DNA from: Haliotis rufescens
Taxonomy: Eukaryota
Assembly: GCF_023055435.1 (NCBI RefSeq)
Contig: NW_025964223.1
Location: 45,384,001 to 45,448,000 of the forward strand
Length of the DNA: 64,000 nt
Direction: 5' to 3'
The position numbers were made by a program, and so were the translations under genes. This document shows positions 39,101-53,529 of the stretch, one piece after another. The notes under the pieces were generated by a model. That model ran no database searches, had not been told where the DNA came from, and was given only the letters and a program-made list of their open reading frames with translations. Position 1 is the stretch's first letter, and each line of letters begins with the position of its first letter.

Positions 39101-40045
39101 AAATTTGCTCCATCGCCTATAGTGGACTTTTCAACAATATACCAAGCCAATGCACACAGATTTACCCAACTAGGTCTCAGGGAATACATTGACAGAGCAG
39201 TGGTGTTTCTTTTAGCTAATGAAGAATGGCCAGGACGTTATAGTCTCAATTATTCACTTTTCACTCTTCAAGGAAAAGCAACACGTATTGTCGACGTCTA
39301 CGAGTTTTGGTACAAATTCACGTCAGACTTCTCCTTCATGAGAACAACCAGCCAATATGATGGAGCGGAGCGAACGGTGTCGCCGTTGGCAATGTCCAGT
39401 CCATTGATTAACGAAACCGTCATTCTCTTGCATAGCTATTCTCGGATGTCACAGGCGGTCAAGTTAGTTTTTCAAGAGGACTGGATCACACCAACCACTG
39501 GAGAAGCTACTTGTATCACCATCAAGGACGACTGGTTCCCAGTCATCACCTTCAATGAACCCATCAACATCCAGAAATCTCAAGGAGTGGTTGAACTTCC
39601 TCCTGAAGCAACGTGTCAGTTTACATTCAAGATCCCTTCAAATAAACTGCCTTCAGTCACTGTCAACGAAACCACATTCTACGGCGTTGATATGCTTTTA
39701 CCAATCAAGGGCAACGTCACTGTGACAGCAATAAATCTACCAAGTAGCCAATTTCACAGTGCAAGACTGAGAGTTTCAACCAGTTGGCCGATCAAAGAAA
39801 CAAACAGTGTATCACATCTTACCTTTAACCTCCATCCCCTGGACTCTTTCTTTAAGCTGTATGATTCCGACAAGTTTACCAGCACCACCTATTGGCAAGT
39901 TTGGGAGTTTGTAGTCCCTACCTCCCTGTTTGCCACCGGGCCTAACCTGGTACAGGTTCACTTCTCCAAAAACATGACAGCGGGATATGTTTCTTCAGTA
40001 GCTCTTGTCGCAGCCAAGCTTGTCCCATCTGATTTGAAATCATGA
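33118..40045 (+). CDS. Secreted GH86-like beta-porphyranase/beta-agarase, copy A2, 622 aa; exons 33118-33357, 35951-36089, 38556-40045
   Basis: Exon sizes and phases identical to A1, intact ORF, NEP and SEYG motifs retained. AATAAA at 40084. Confidence 0.88.
33414..35406 (-). mobile_element. IS630/Tc1/mariner-superfamily DNA transposon (defective transposase) in intron 1 of A2
   Basis: TIRs of ~32 bp (aagaactgtcggaaatgctagaaaactgcttt / aaagcagttttctagcatttccgacagtgctt). TA duplicated at 33412-13 and 35407-08, with the empty site cacTAgtattg in A1. Minus-strand DDE remnants IIYLGES, PSGKGNRVIVLHA, VIVMDNAS and HCELNP. Confidence 0.93.
37985..38140 (+). mobile_element. SINE-like interspersed repeat core (family 3); other diverged copies at ~15858, 19475, 31455, 36615, 50980, 55270, 60120, 60965
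   Basis: Recurrent gtcgtaagg.gcaactaacgggatcgggtggtc.ggct.gctgac.tggttga...gctcatgat.tca..ca.(t)ggattgtctgg motif. Confidence 0.65.
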
Positions 40046-40163
40046 TAATGATAATAATTCTGACAAATTTCTCAAACTTTGATAATAAAAACATATTCCA
40101 CCAATGTGTCTAATGTAAGTTTTGATATATTCTTCTCAGGTCATCAGACACGCAAGCACGCAA

Positions 40164-40202
<39 letters not shown>

Positions 40203-42045
40203 CGTGGTCTGGTGTTTCTGGTCTGATCCATTCTATATACAGAACACCGTCCTGTAGGTGGACTATACCTGAGTCTGGTTTTTAACAACAAACGATGTTT
40301 TCAGAAAGTTTACTTTGAAAGATACGTGAAGCTGATAACTGACTCCGAAAATAAACCGCCCAGTATATAAGCAACGCATGACCATAATTTGGTTCTATGT
40401 CAGACACAAAATCATAAGAATTACGATGAACAGTCAAACAGTTATCAAATGAGCAAACTCACAGTTACCGTGTGAGCAACCCTGGTAAGATGCAGTTCTT
40501 ATGAAGCACAGGTATAAAAAAACACTTTTGAGTACTTGATTCAGTATCGAAAAGTTCATCAGTATGTATGACGTGCATGTAACGGTCAGGATTTACCAGT
40601 CGGTTTTATAGTGCTATCCAACTGTGGTACCACAACACAGTTTTAAATGTATCCCCAACTCAGACACAATATACAGACTCTGATCCGACCGCTTCTTGTT
40701 CTAACCTCTCAATGCCGAGCACCACAGAGAAAGAAACAACAAGTCACATCTTTTGGTATGTCGCGTCCAGGAGATCGAACCACCGACCTTCTGCTCTCCG
40801 GATCTCTGGCCTGTTTGGTTACAAACCTTATAACAACAACTAACCACCAGAAATGTTATATGCAGCAACCACGTGGTATGAAGAATAACATACAATACAT
40901 TATTTTTGAAGATTGAGACCTTTGACTTTCACGTTCCATCATTTATATCTCACCTGACGGAAAGTCAAGTATACTATCTGGAGCTGAAAATTTGTATGAG
41001 CGATCCCAGCTAGGGTATCTCTGAAAAGCGTAAACAAAATCCGATCCGATTATAAACCTCTGTGCCAACCAGTTAAACATTTCTGCATGTATCTTTATGG
41101 AATTGGATATGAAGGAAGTAAATGGTAGGCAAAAATAAAGTATATGAACCTGAAACTGTGCCAAAATGATACCAGCAGTTGTTTCAAAAAAGTGTTTACA
41201 GAATTTCGATGCAATTAGAAACATGGACGCCATGGTGGCCACACTGAAGAGTTCATCTTTTGACATTTATTCAGCCATTTCCACATGATGAAGTTTGATG
41301 AGCAGAATTTATGCTTCGACCTTGAACTTCATGGGAAACATAAGCCGGAGTAGGTGCAAAATTGGAAAAGCATATTTTAAACCCCATTACAAAACATTTG
41401 TCTTCGAATTATCTGCATACTTTGGGGAAACATTGGCGAAACGGAAGTTGATATGTATAGGTGCAATGGAAACAAAATTTGGCTTCATAGATAAATGGTT
41501 TGTGCAACAAAAGGAAGGGCTGTTGGTCCAATCTGTTCACGGACGGCGAGCTATACTTTTGGCCAACTTGACATGTGTCAGCTACCCCTTAGTCAAGGCC
41601 TTCACACGCACTGCGTCGGCCGTCGAGACAAGAGCAAGTGACCCCCAGTCCTTCAACGAGGGGATCTCTTCTCTGTAACGGACTATATAAACGGCACATG
41701 ACTCTCTAACCCCGAATTATTCTCCACAATGACCTTCGCAGATTCAGCATGCTCTTAAACATCTCCATTGATACTGCTTGACAAATGACATTTGTCATGC
41801 ACGTTCCTTGTAATGAAGACATATAATATTCCAAATCATTGCAGCTTTATAATAAAAAATGTTTGAAATATTTGAATATATCCTTTTTTTGGTAATTTCT
41901 TTCTTTCTTCCTTTTTATTTTTTGGGGTGGGTCCAAAAGATTCAAAATGCTGAAATTATGCCTGAATGACTTCACGTTTACTTAAGTTTGCTCAGAAAAT
42001 CATGATATACACTCATTAACAATGTTGCCAAAATGTTTGTTTTCC

Positions 42046-42186
42046 NNNNNNNNNNNNNNNNNNNNNNNNNNNNNNNNNNNNNNNNNNNNNNNNNNNNNNN
42101 NNNNNNNNNNNNNNNNNNNNNNNNNNNNNNNNNNNNNNNNNNNNNNNNNNNNNNNNNNNNNNNNNNNNNNNNNNNNNNNNNNNNNN
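42046..42186. other. Assembly gap (N run)
   Basis: 141 N. Confidence 1.
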
Positions 42187-42385
42187 GTGGGAGGAAAGCC
42201 CGAAGTGATGCAGAAACCACTTCGGTGAAACCCGCGAGCACGGGTATGATGCTGACAAACCTAGAAACATAATCGGGGTGTACTGGGATTCGAACCCACA
42301 ATCATAGGTTTCTGGCGTGCCCAAGGGACGCAACTCTGCACAGCGAATCGCGGCGCCTTACACGACTGGGCCACCCGTGCCCCCC
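42187..42385 (-). mobile_element. SINE family 2, abutting the gap
   Basis: gggattcgaacccac...gcgaatcgcggcgcc...gccacccgtgccccc. Confidence 0.85.
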
Positions 42386-43451
42386 TACTACTGTTGAAGT
42401 AACTTTTTCATCTTAAGCGTAGTTGGATATGTAGAGAGAAGGCTGCTGACACTTGATTGAGTCTTTGATGGGCATTCAGCTGTTTGAAGAACGTGACTAC
42501 CTGAAACTTTCCGGATAAGAACTGGTTTATTGTTTAGTGAAATAAAATACAAAAGTTGTTATCAATAAAGTTTCATGTCTTCATGTCGAAATGAAATTTC
42601 CATCTGATGAAGGAGGAAGACGTAGCCCTGAAGCGTTGTTACAAACAACAAAGAAGACCTGTATCCATATTTGTATCTCTGTCGCAAGTGTAATGACACA
42701 AAAAGAGTCCAAACAAAATGAAATCTACAAATTCACCTCACAAATTACTGAAATGATGGGGCCAGGCCTTTGATAGACAGGTGGGCGTGCCCTGTCCTAT
42801 CATGTATCGTGAAAGAATGTCAATACCGACCAGCCATAATGTATCTGTATGTTCCATTGATTGGTGCATAGAGACATTTGGGATATATTTTACTCAAATA
42901 TTTTAGGGATAATGAGATACGTCACTCTATTTAAACATACACTTGACATACTATAAGAATCAGTTTTCTGTATCCTGACCAAACATAAAATTACCCAATC
43001 AAAAGTGGAGTAGTATATTTAGAGGCATATGTCCAAAAGAAATTTAATGTTCATCTATTTCACCGTATGTGATAACCAGATTGATATTCCTAGAGCGAGG
43101 GGCAAATCGTTGTCCAGGGTTCCATCTCTTGGGAACGCCAGAAACCGTTGGTCGTGGGTTCGAATCCTGGTCCGCCCCGATTACGGTTCAAGTTTTGTCA
43201 TCACAAAAATAGTTTTCACCAAAGAGGTGAACGTCTTAAGCCTGCATCACGTCGGGATTTTCTCCCACATTAAGCTGAAACGCTGTGATATAACTGGAAT
43301 GCTTTTCAAAGCGGCGTTAAAGACAACTCACTCACTCAGTCGTAAAGAACAACGATTGCATATTATGTTAAGACAGCAAACATGGAAAGCACATAGGTGT
43401 TTTTAATGTTTTTTAGATCAGTTTCATATTCCATTATGTATTGGCTTTTAG

Positions 43452-44110
43452 CTCATAACTGGGCAAGTTGGACGAAGCAGTCCGAACATGGAGGTAAATT
43501 CCCAAACAACTCGATGCTGCAGTTGCATTCATGATACTGATATGCAGGGAGTATATGACAATACCAAAGGAGAGAACCCGCCCTACTTCGATCCCATAAA
43601 TGAACCGGACACTAAGACTGACATCTGAAATTTTACTTTTGCCACTTCCACAAATTATTGCATGATTTAACATTAAAGTGGCTGGTCCCACACTGCAGAT
43701 AAAACAGTGATACTTAATGGAGCCAATGCAAAAATATCCAGGACGTGATAGTCTGAACTATTCACTTTCACTTTCAAAGAAATGCCACAGGTATGGTGGA
43801 CGTTCTTCGAGTTTTGGTACAAATTCACGTCAGATTACTCCTTTTTCGAACTACCAGCCAGTATTATGCACAGGAACGAACCATGTCGAGGTTAGCACAA
43901 CGAAATTGGCACAAACTGTGACTGTAAAGACGACAGGATCAAACCAGCCACTGGATGAGCTACCTGCGTCACCATCAAGGACAACTGTATCCTATCGTAA
44001 CCTTCAACGGGCCCTTTAAAATACAGAAAACACAAAGAATGGTTGACCTTCCTCATGAGGCAAGGCCCCCTCAGACAATCTTCAAAGTGCCACTCTCATT
44101 GAAACCCCAC
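43452..44110 (+). pseudogene. Old, internally deleted GH86-like exon-3 pseudogene (psi2, duplicate of psi1)
   Basis: Near-identical to 23919-24540, but it retains the SEH.G.FPN segment that psi1 has lost to an (AT)n tract. Confidence 0.85.
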
Positions 44111-44838
44111 AATAAGGCACTGATATGCTTACACAATAACTGGCTCTGTTACGTGAAAATAAATAATTACTGGAGATATGCAGTTTTGTGTATTGACTGG
44201 GAGGCTTAGAGAAACATTGTGTTTGTTTGTTGTTTCACGCCACACTCAGCAGGTGGTTGGTAAATAATGGTGTCTGGACCAGACTAGCCAGTGATTGTCA
44301 AACATGATGATGATGAATCAACATTCTGGAAATCATGTAAATTGTATCTATTTTGCACAGGGACGTAGTGTTCGCTATGACTGATACAGGTGGAACAAGC
44401 ACATGGCCTGGATGATAAGGGCTTGACATACTTGCCTTTACAAATATTGTTACACCAAACAGTCACCGCCTTGTGCGTTTGTTTCCTTAAGCAAGCGTTT
44501 AGATCATCAGGGAAATAACACATATGAAAAGAACAGCAAGAGCTTTCTGAAAGCAAAATAGTCCACTCAGGTATTTTTGAATATCGGTTTAGACTTTCAT
44601 GTGACGGAGAAATGAGTATAAATCGGGCTGTCTTTTCAATGTTACTGTATTAGTGTAATATACACATCTTCCCTTCTGGCGTGGCATTCACTTACCTCAA
44701 GGCTATATTATCACCACACCTACATACCTACGCATGTTCTTACCATGTACACACATTTATGGAACGTCACAAATAATTCTCGTGAATTCTTCCCATTAAA
44801 GCTGTTCAAGTCTGATGATACATTATATTCCAGTGACA

Positions 44839-47800
44839 ATGAAATGGACACAGGCCTATTTCGCTTTGAGTCTGATTACAGGCGGTGTGTACAGTGACAC
44901 GACGGTGACGATCTACCCTCAGTGGCTGGCACAGGGAGGTAGAGTTCGCTATGAGAGTGACAGGTGGAACAAGCACAATGGCCTGGAACAGGAGTCCCTT
45001 ATTGCAAACTGTCGGAGCATTCGGACTGACAGTGGGCGCTGGATGAACAGAGATCTAAATGATCATCTCTTCCAAGATGTGAAATTTTCTTTCCAATTCG
45101 ATTTTTTTACCTTGTACTTCATATATTAGACAGTGCTTTATGTCTTTATGTCATTAGGATAAACATTCATGAGCCTACACGTGGAGGTTCTGGGTAGCGT
45201 AAGTCCGCAACAACCAGTGGGCGCTGGATACACGAAGATTATAGTCTCTTTAAAGAAGTGAGATTTCTTTCTAACTCAATTCTGTATGTTGTCCCAACAC
45301 GTCACATATTAGACAGAAACTGATGGTTTACATTTGCTCATACTGTAATATCGCAGTTATGGTTTCAAAAGTACGTTTTGACAGTAATGTTACATGTATT
45401 GCAAACAGACATTACTTGACAAATATATTGCTATGGTGATATTGCTCAGATGCATGATGGTGTTGGGATAAAATTGAATGTTGAGATCAACCTCCAGCTA
45501 AGGCAAAAGACACCATGTTTAAGAGTCAATGTCTATATTTCGTTGGGATATACAATAATTCTAAGATGTCCCATGTTCATCTCAGACAAGACAAGTGATG
45601 TAATAAAGACTGATGTGGAGAAACCTACATGTAGGCCAATAGCATTAGTGAGTGGGTATGGTTTTACGTCGCTTTTAGCAATATTCCAGCAAAAGCACGG
45701 CGGGGGACACCAGAAATGGGCTTTACACATTGTGCCCATGTCGGGAATCGAACCCGGTCTTCGGCGTGACGAGTGAAATTGTTTACATGTTTATTGTTTG
45801 ATATTAAGTAACAAATGAGCATCTTTGGAATATAACTCTTGCATTTTGTACACAATTAAATGTATTAATACTGTGATACATGTTGTTTCAGTGAACCGTC
45901 ATTGGCATGAAATGGGTTGTATATAATATTAACTTGTTCATTGTATAGTGGCCAGAGGACGCACACCGTAGCGGCTACCCCGACCCCAACTACCTAAAGA
46001 ACATCAGCAAGCAACAGGAACTATTCTCCAACTACCTTGCTGACATTGACAGTGGCTATAAGAACGAAATGATCATGGTGATGAATGGTAAGAATAATCG
46101 GAAACGACCAGTTATGCGATAGTTAACATAATTAAAACGGCCGTGGGTGTGTTTATATTTCTTTATCACGTGCCACAACAATAATAGCAGCAAAAAGTCC
46201 AAACACGATGTAAGAAATAAATTCGAGAATCAGGCATAGACAGAAGAGTGTGTTTTTGTTCCATCACATGCTGTTTAACGCCGAACCTAGCAATATTCCA
46301 GCTATATTGCGGCGGCTGCTCCCTCCATCATCCAGTGTAAGTGAATGTCAAGATCACGCAAGGGTTGACATTCTTCTGTGGAAAGGAAAGAGGAAGATGA
46401 TGTGCAGATGCATGTGGCAAGTAATCAGGTTAAATTTCAAGTTCTATCTTTTGGCAATCGGTTGTAGGAAAAGCCAAAACTACTAGACGTACTCTGCGGG
46501 GAAGGTACAAATGATTGGTGTGAGAGTTATGTAGACATGTAAGATGTCTTGAAAAGCTAGTTATTGAAGGCAATTACACAATCTATGTATAAGATAATCA
46601 GTTTGGCGTGTTGTTTCTCCTCTTAGAAGATTAACTTTGTCTTTTAAGCTGAAATACATGCGTATACTCTTGTAGAAGAAGCATAGATGCATTTCAATCA
46701 GTGTCATGTTTCGTTCTATTTGCATATTTCAGCTCTCCACTGGCCAGACTGGATGAACCAATCCGAACATGAGGGCCAATTCCCAAACAACATCGATGCT
46801 GCTGCAGAGTTTATCGTGTTGATGCTACAAGGAGTCTATGACTACACACAAGGTCACATACCGCCATACTTCGAGGTCGTCAACGAACCAGATGTTAAAG
46901 AGCAAATAATGAATTTCACGACCACTGTAGCCTTATTCCACAAAACAGTTGCCGAGAAACTCCATTCTAGGTTTAACATCAAAGTGACTGGCCCGACAAT
47001 GACGGGATATAACACAGTAGTAGACAGGAACGACTTTTCGTTCTGGACGAAACTGGTCGATTTCATGGACATCACTTTAGACTATTTAGACGTGTTTTCA
47101 TTCGTACAACTCACTTATTGTTTCGGGGAACTCTCACCGATTTACTGGTATAAATGAAGCACGCCTAGTAGCTTTTGTCGACCTGCTTGAAAACTATGTT
47201 CATCAAAAGACGGGAAGAATTATTCCTCTAATTATCAGTGAATATGGTCGCGGGAAAGTGACGGGAATTAGCTCAACAGCTCCATCTGGGATAGTCGACT
47301 TTGCAACAATATACCAGTCTAATGCCCATAGATTCACCCACCTTGGTTTGAGAGAATACATTGATAGAACAGTGGTTTTTCTATTGTCCAATCAACAATA
47401 TCCAGGACATGATAGTCTCAACTGGTCACTTTTCACCCGCCAAGGAAACGCCACACGTATTGTCGATGTCTTCAAATTCTGGTACAATTTCACGTCAGAG
47501 TATTCCTTCATCAGAACCGCCAGCCAATGTGAAGTACAAGAACGAACCGTGTCACCATTAGCAGTGTCAAGTTCCTTGCATAATGAAACTGTCATTCTCT
47601 TACACAGTTATTATCAACAGTCACAGGACGTCAAGCTAGTTTTTCAAGAAGACTGGATCACACCAACCACGGGAGAAGCTACTTGCATCACAATTAAGGA
47701 CAACTGGTATCCAGTCATCACCTTCAACGAACCCTTAGACATCGGTTAAACTCGGGGAATGGTTACACTCAAGACCCCTTCAAGCCAATTACCTAAAGTC

Positions 47801-48193
47801 ATTCTCAATGAAACAACATACTACGGAAGTGATATCATTATACCTATCAAGGACAGCATTGCTGTGACGACCATATTACTTCCAAAAGATGAATTCGACA
47901 GCGCAAGACTGCGAATTTCAACAAGTCTTCCCATCAATGAAACAAACAGTCTGTCATCTGTTACCATTAACCACCAACCTCTTAATTTCTTTTACAAGCT
48001 GTTCGACTCAGACAAACAGAACAGTCAAATCTACAACTTCATGGATGTTTGGGAGTTTGATGTCCATTCCACCTTGTTGAACACCACTTCTATCACGGTC
48101 CAGGTTAACTTCTCCAACAAGCAGGCTAAAGGATACGTGACTTCGGTAGCCCTGGTCACAGCCAAGCTCCTCCCATCCGACACTAAAAAATGA
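44839..48193 (+). pseudogene. GH86-like copy B2, recently inactivated; exons 44839-45078, 45949-46087, 46733-48193
   Basis: Compared with B1: a 5-nt deletion at ~47097 (gtgttttc[ttttc]attcg) causes a frameshift, GAC>TAA creates a stop at 47747-47749, and a 30-nt deletion removes PPEATCRYTF near 47768. Confidence 0.9.
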
Positions 48194-49289
48194 TTAAGAT
48201 AATACTACAGACTAATAATTTGGCATTGATTAAACTGTTAAGAATTTTATCAAATATTTGTTATGTGTTCCCAGGAGTTGACCTGAGGGTAGGCCTGGTA
48301 ACCCCGTGGCTGATACGGATCATGGAGATTCCCTTTATATTTTTACCTTCCTGTGCTGATACCTTTTAGCTATTGATTGGAATTAATAAGGGTGTTTCCT
48401 TGAGTGACATGTTTTCAGAAAATTGTAATCAAGTTGATGTCTTTGTTAGTTCTAAAGGAAGACATGGGACGATTACCTTAGCATCCATTCTCTAAGCATA
48501 TAGGTTTTATTGAGTGGTACACCAGCCATCATAGAACTATAGTTAGACGCAATGACTTCAAATTGCTGCTATTTATTTATTACAGATCTGCTTAATCCTT
48601 CTATACACCCTACTTAGTGTCATTTCCCTTGTGGGGGGTTTGTAGTGTTTGTCGGTAGTTCTATAACTTTATAATTAGGGCATTTTCACGATCAACATTT
48701 ATACCTCACGTACACAAATTGTCAACGTGTTATCACAGAATGGATTACAAAGCTTAATATAACATTAAAAGATTATCATTTTTGCTGGTTATCAAATACC
48801 GTGTGCGAAACGTTTTAGCAAAAAATATAGAACAGCACAATACATCTCACTTTAATATGTAATCAACAGCTATAAACAGCTACTTAATGTTACTGTCAGA
48901 TTTGATATTCTGCATAAGTGTAATAGCTTTCTTGTTCCTACCTATTTCTTTACCATCACATATAACCTCGTCCGGGTTTACTTTTTCCAACATCGAGACA
49001 GGGATTCGTCCATTATAAATCTCAAACATTATATCCCCAATTATCATTATTATGAATTAAACAAGACATGATGTTTAGCGAAAATGAGTTTGTTTCTAAA
49101 TTTCATTTCCTACCATAATTGTTAGTTAGAATCTCAAACATGCAAATATAGAGAGGAAAACTAGAATGATGTTTCCATTGCATGCAAAAACGGAAGCAGT
49201 GCCATCCTCACCTGTTCTTGAAATACCCCCTAAACCTTCCCATTAGAAACAAGTATCATGAACCATTGTGACTTTCCACAGGTGCCAGT

Positions 49290-50140
49290 TGAATTCACAC
49301 ATGCCCAATACAGGTCAACTTTTAATGTCCTTTGCCTCTATGTACCTTAATAATAAAGCTATAAGCACTTCAAGTTGAATAATATCCCTTCTTGTTTAAG
49401 AAAGCACATGCCTAAGGCAGTATAACTTTTAAACAGAAACGCCCTTGCCTCTAGCCAGAGAGCTACCATAATACTAAAGTGATAAGCATTCCCTTCATCA
49501 GTGCCGGGTTCGGACAACGCATTCCTAATGAAGTACGACTTAGAAACAGAAACATATATAAGGTATGCCTGTAGCTACGCGTACCTCACTAACACAATTA
49601 TGAACACTTTGGTTTTAATAACATCACTTACAGAAACACATGCCCAATTCAGGATAACTTTGAAATAGAAAGTCCTATGCTTCTAAATATCTTAATAACA
49701 AAGTCACAAGCACTTCCGGTTCAGTAACGTCTCTTCCAGTTCGGGAAAACACATGCCCAATGCAGTAGCACTTTCAAACAAAAATCCCCTTGCTTTTAGA
49801 TTGCTTAAAAACAAAGTTTTAATCACTTCCGGTTCAGTAAAATCACTTTCGGTTCGGGAAAGCACATGCCCAATGCAGTGCCCCTTTCAAACAGATTTCC
49901 TTTGCTTCTAAATAGCTTGATAACAAAGTTGTAGGCACTTCCAATTTAACATCATGCACATCCGGTTTATATAACTGTAAGGCCAATACAACGTTCAAAC
50001 AGAAAGTCCCATTCCCCTAACTTATAAGGACTTTTGTTATAATGACGTTACTTCTGGTTTCGGGAAAATACATGCCAAATGCAGTACAAGAATGTAATGC
50101 AATTTTGCTGCAACCTCCGTAAGAAAGTTATAAGCTCTTC
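49290..50140. repeat. Diverged ~113-bp minisatellite (block 2/3 junction)
   Basis: ttccggttcagtaa at 49714 and 49827. Confidence 0.75.
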
Positions 50141-50918
50141 AGTTTTACGTTTCGTTCAATGCAATATACATCGGGGAAAATGTAATCAGTGTTTCAGTTT
50201 CAAAGCCTCCTAAACGGGTCTCCAACATATGACAGAAATCACCAGGAATGTTGTGACAACTGATTCGGAACTGATGTAAAGTGAGAAATATGACACTGCT
50301 AGGACTTGGAGTTTACATAGGACCGTAGAAAAGTGATAGTTTTACTGCACTGTTTAGCTCGGCAACAGGTAAATGTGTTGAATACATAACATATACATAT
50401 ATATGTTATAATCATAATGATTTAATATATCCTGCAAACATTTCTATGTGAAGGTATCTTGAATTTGAATCGTTTAGACTTTTTCGTAATCATAATACAT
50501 CGTATAATCACTCTTTGTTACAACATGCAATTTGATACCAATACAGATTGTTGTGATACATCTATGGCGTGTGAATGTATGTGAAACATTTGAACAATCA
50601 TGAGAACATTTAGTTTAGTAGACTGACGGGGTTCCGTCTCTGAAGAGCACGGGTGAGGTAACCTTGAGACCGAACCTACCGGCAAACTTAAATAATGTAA
50701 CCCTCAAAATAATGCAGTAATAAGCTTTTCCAGACATGAACAAGGAACCGTCCATTTTGTGGATGTACAATTGTTTTACTTTATTTGCTATCACCACACT
50801 TACAAAACGGCGCCATTCTTTATCATGTTGATTTATAGAATGTCAAGGCCACAGATAATTTCCAATAATTTTAACTATAAAGACACATCACTTCGACTCT
50901 TCATGAAGGTACATTAGA

Positions 50919-51296
50919 TTCCAGGGACAATGAAATGCACACTGGTCTATTTCAGTCTGATGAAAGGTACCTCGCAACCTATGCTGATGGTCAGAGGCAA
51001 CTTGATGGATCGGGTGGTCAGGCTCGGGGACTTTGCCGATGGCTTGTAAACGTACCCTTGCAGCGGGATCGTTGCTCATAATATCAATGACTGGATTGTT
51101 CATACTCGATTATTTCAGGCTGCGACATGAAATGGACACTGGTCTTTCTCGCCTTGAGCTGATAATACATCATCGACACGCTTTCAACCAAGCCACCGAG
51201 CTGCCGAACATAATACATTTAAGTATTTATTTTGCAGGACACAGGGACGTTGTGTTAGCTGTGACAGTGACAGGTTGAACAAACACAATGGCCTGA
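50919..51296 (+). pseudogene. Decayed GH86-like exon-1 remnants
   Basis: ttccagggacaatgaaatgcacactggtctatttcagtctga (~50919), atgaaatggacactggtctttctcgccttgagctga (~51128) and acagggacgttgtgttagctgtgacagtgacaggttgaacaaacacaatggcctg (~51241). Confidence 0.7.
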
Positions 51297-51788
51297 GTGG
51301 TTATGGGTTAACCACATTTAATTTGTCGCCTCCTTATGAGTTTTTTTTCCTTAGCAAGCGTTTGGATCATCGAGGAAATAACACATCTGAGAATTACAGT
51401 AATGGTTGTCTGTGGTCCGCGTAGGTATTTGCAGTATCTGTGACTTCCATGTGACAGAAAAATTATTATAAATCAAGACTTTGCGTTACAATGATAAAGT
51501 ATTCGTGGGATATGCTTATCTTTTGCATAACGTCTAGAGTGACAGGGCGACGTGCATTTATCTCAAGGCTATCCTGTCACCTGACCTACATACCTACGCA
51601 TGCATGTTCTTATCATATGCAAACATTTATAGAACGGTAGTTCAAGGTCACCAATAATTTCCACGAAATCTAACTACATGAACACCCGCTCGTACTGTAC
51701 AGACGAGTCGAACTTGTGAGTATGCCTTGTGTATGTTACATTCATGTCAGAGTGAATGATGTTTGTCAAGGACTACTGGTTTTACAGA

Positions 51789-51974
51789 GTGAGTGAGTGA
51801 GTGAGTGAGTGAGTGAGTGAGTTTGATTTTACGCCGCTTTCAGCAATATTCCAGCAATATCACGGCGAGGGACACCAAAAATAGGCTTCACACATTGTAC
51901 CCATGTCGGGAATCGAACCCGGGTCTTTGGCGTGACGAGCGAACGCTTTAACCACTGGGCTACCCGACCGCCCC
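51789..51974 (-). mobile_element. Full-length tRNA-derived SINE family 1 with ttacaga TSD
   Basis: Minus strand reads ggggcggtcgggtagcccagtggttaaagcg...gggttcgattcccg, with an (actc)n tail. ttacaga on both flanks. The empty site is in block 2 (~32248). Confidence 0.9.
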
Positions 51975-53529
51975 TTACAGAAAGGAAATGCAATATTATA
52001 TCGTAGGTACTTCGGCGGGATATGGGGTTGGGTTTTAGAGGGAGTTTATACATGTTTTGTACATTCCCTGAGTGAAGTACAACGGCTGCCGTGGGTTGCG
52101 CCCCTGTGTCGTCGGAGGAAGGTGGAGGGAGGGATTCTGTCAGTTGATGGCACTGGAGCCAGGAACCTGACGTCACCTAGACGGGTGGTAAAATGGGTCC
52201 AGTGCCATTAATCGGATAGTTATTGCAAGCCCTATGTATGAATTTTTATATGGTTTGACTGTACACCTACCTTTTGAATGGTCTTTTTTATAAAGTTATT
52301 TTAGATACTTGCCCGGAGCATATTCGAAAAGGACGTGGTTCATAGGCCAATCTAGCCGCTCCTCTGGATCCGCTAGATTATAACATCCCTGTACCCCTAT
52401 GGTGTTAGTTTGCTGGAATGCCACTTACATATGACATCGTCCTCGTTGGTGCTCCGTGGCGAACTCTTCATTCTGATCTTGATTCATCTGACGATGCAAC
52501 AGTGACTTGATGATTGTATTCCTGTAGGGATACTTGGCCTTGGTTCCTTGTCATGGAAGCTAAGGAAGACCATACTCTTGCTTCTTACATTACGTTCTCG
52601 CATTGTTGTGATTTTGCGATTTTTCCATCTTTTCACCAAATTTCTGCAGCACCAAATTGTTTTCAGTATTCGGTATTATTTTCGTATGGATATCGGCAAC
52701 ACACGGTTATTGTATATTTTGCCAGAAGTTTAAAAGTAGTATATTTGTCATTTTACATTGATTGCTAAACTTGCATACAATCGCCGGCAGCTGGGTTGGT
52801 CGTGTACATCCTGTTGAGGAACCATGCCGGTAGCAGAGGTATTGTAAGTCCCTACGGTCCATAGTATGGTGGCCGAACTGTCTACCTGTCTATCGTCTAT
52901 TTTTATATTTCGTTGTTGAATAATAATTTCTTCTTTTTAAATGTTCTCAACTAGTTTTAAAATCGAAACTGTGATAATCTAGTTATTTTACTGTCCATCG
53001 ATGACAGGTTTTGATTCAATCTAAATATATTTATTATCAATGTACAGGTTCCGGTCACGACATCGCTGAAATATTGCCGATGTGACGTTAAAATGTAACT
53101 CACCCTCTCACCATGTATATTGTATATGCTGTTAGGTCCCGGTGTCCTAAGTTCACAGAATATACACTAAACAGCTCAGTCGAAACACTTACAATAACAC
53201 GTAAGTTATAAGACATTTAGAACGGTATGCACATAGTACACCATGTACTGTATACTATAAGAAAGTAACCACATCTTTTTTAATTAAAAATACTAAATTG
53301 AAATATTCAAATGGCACCATCTACACGTGGTGTAAATGAGAAAAATCAATGTATTTTGTGTATGCTGTCCTTCGATGTCCTTCGTCAACAGCTCAGCGGA
53401 AACACTTACAGTTATCAATATTGAGAGCCTTTTGATTGTTAATAGTAAATAATTGTCGTCAATGAAATGAACCCAGGTCACTATACTGTAAATAAATCAT
53501 TTCATTATATAGGATATTTGTTACAGAAT

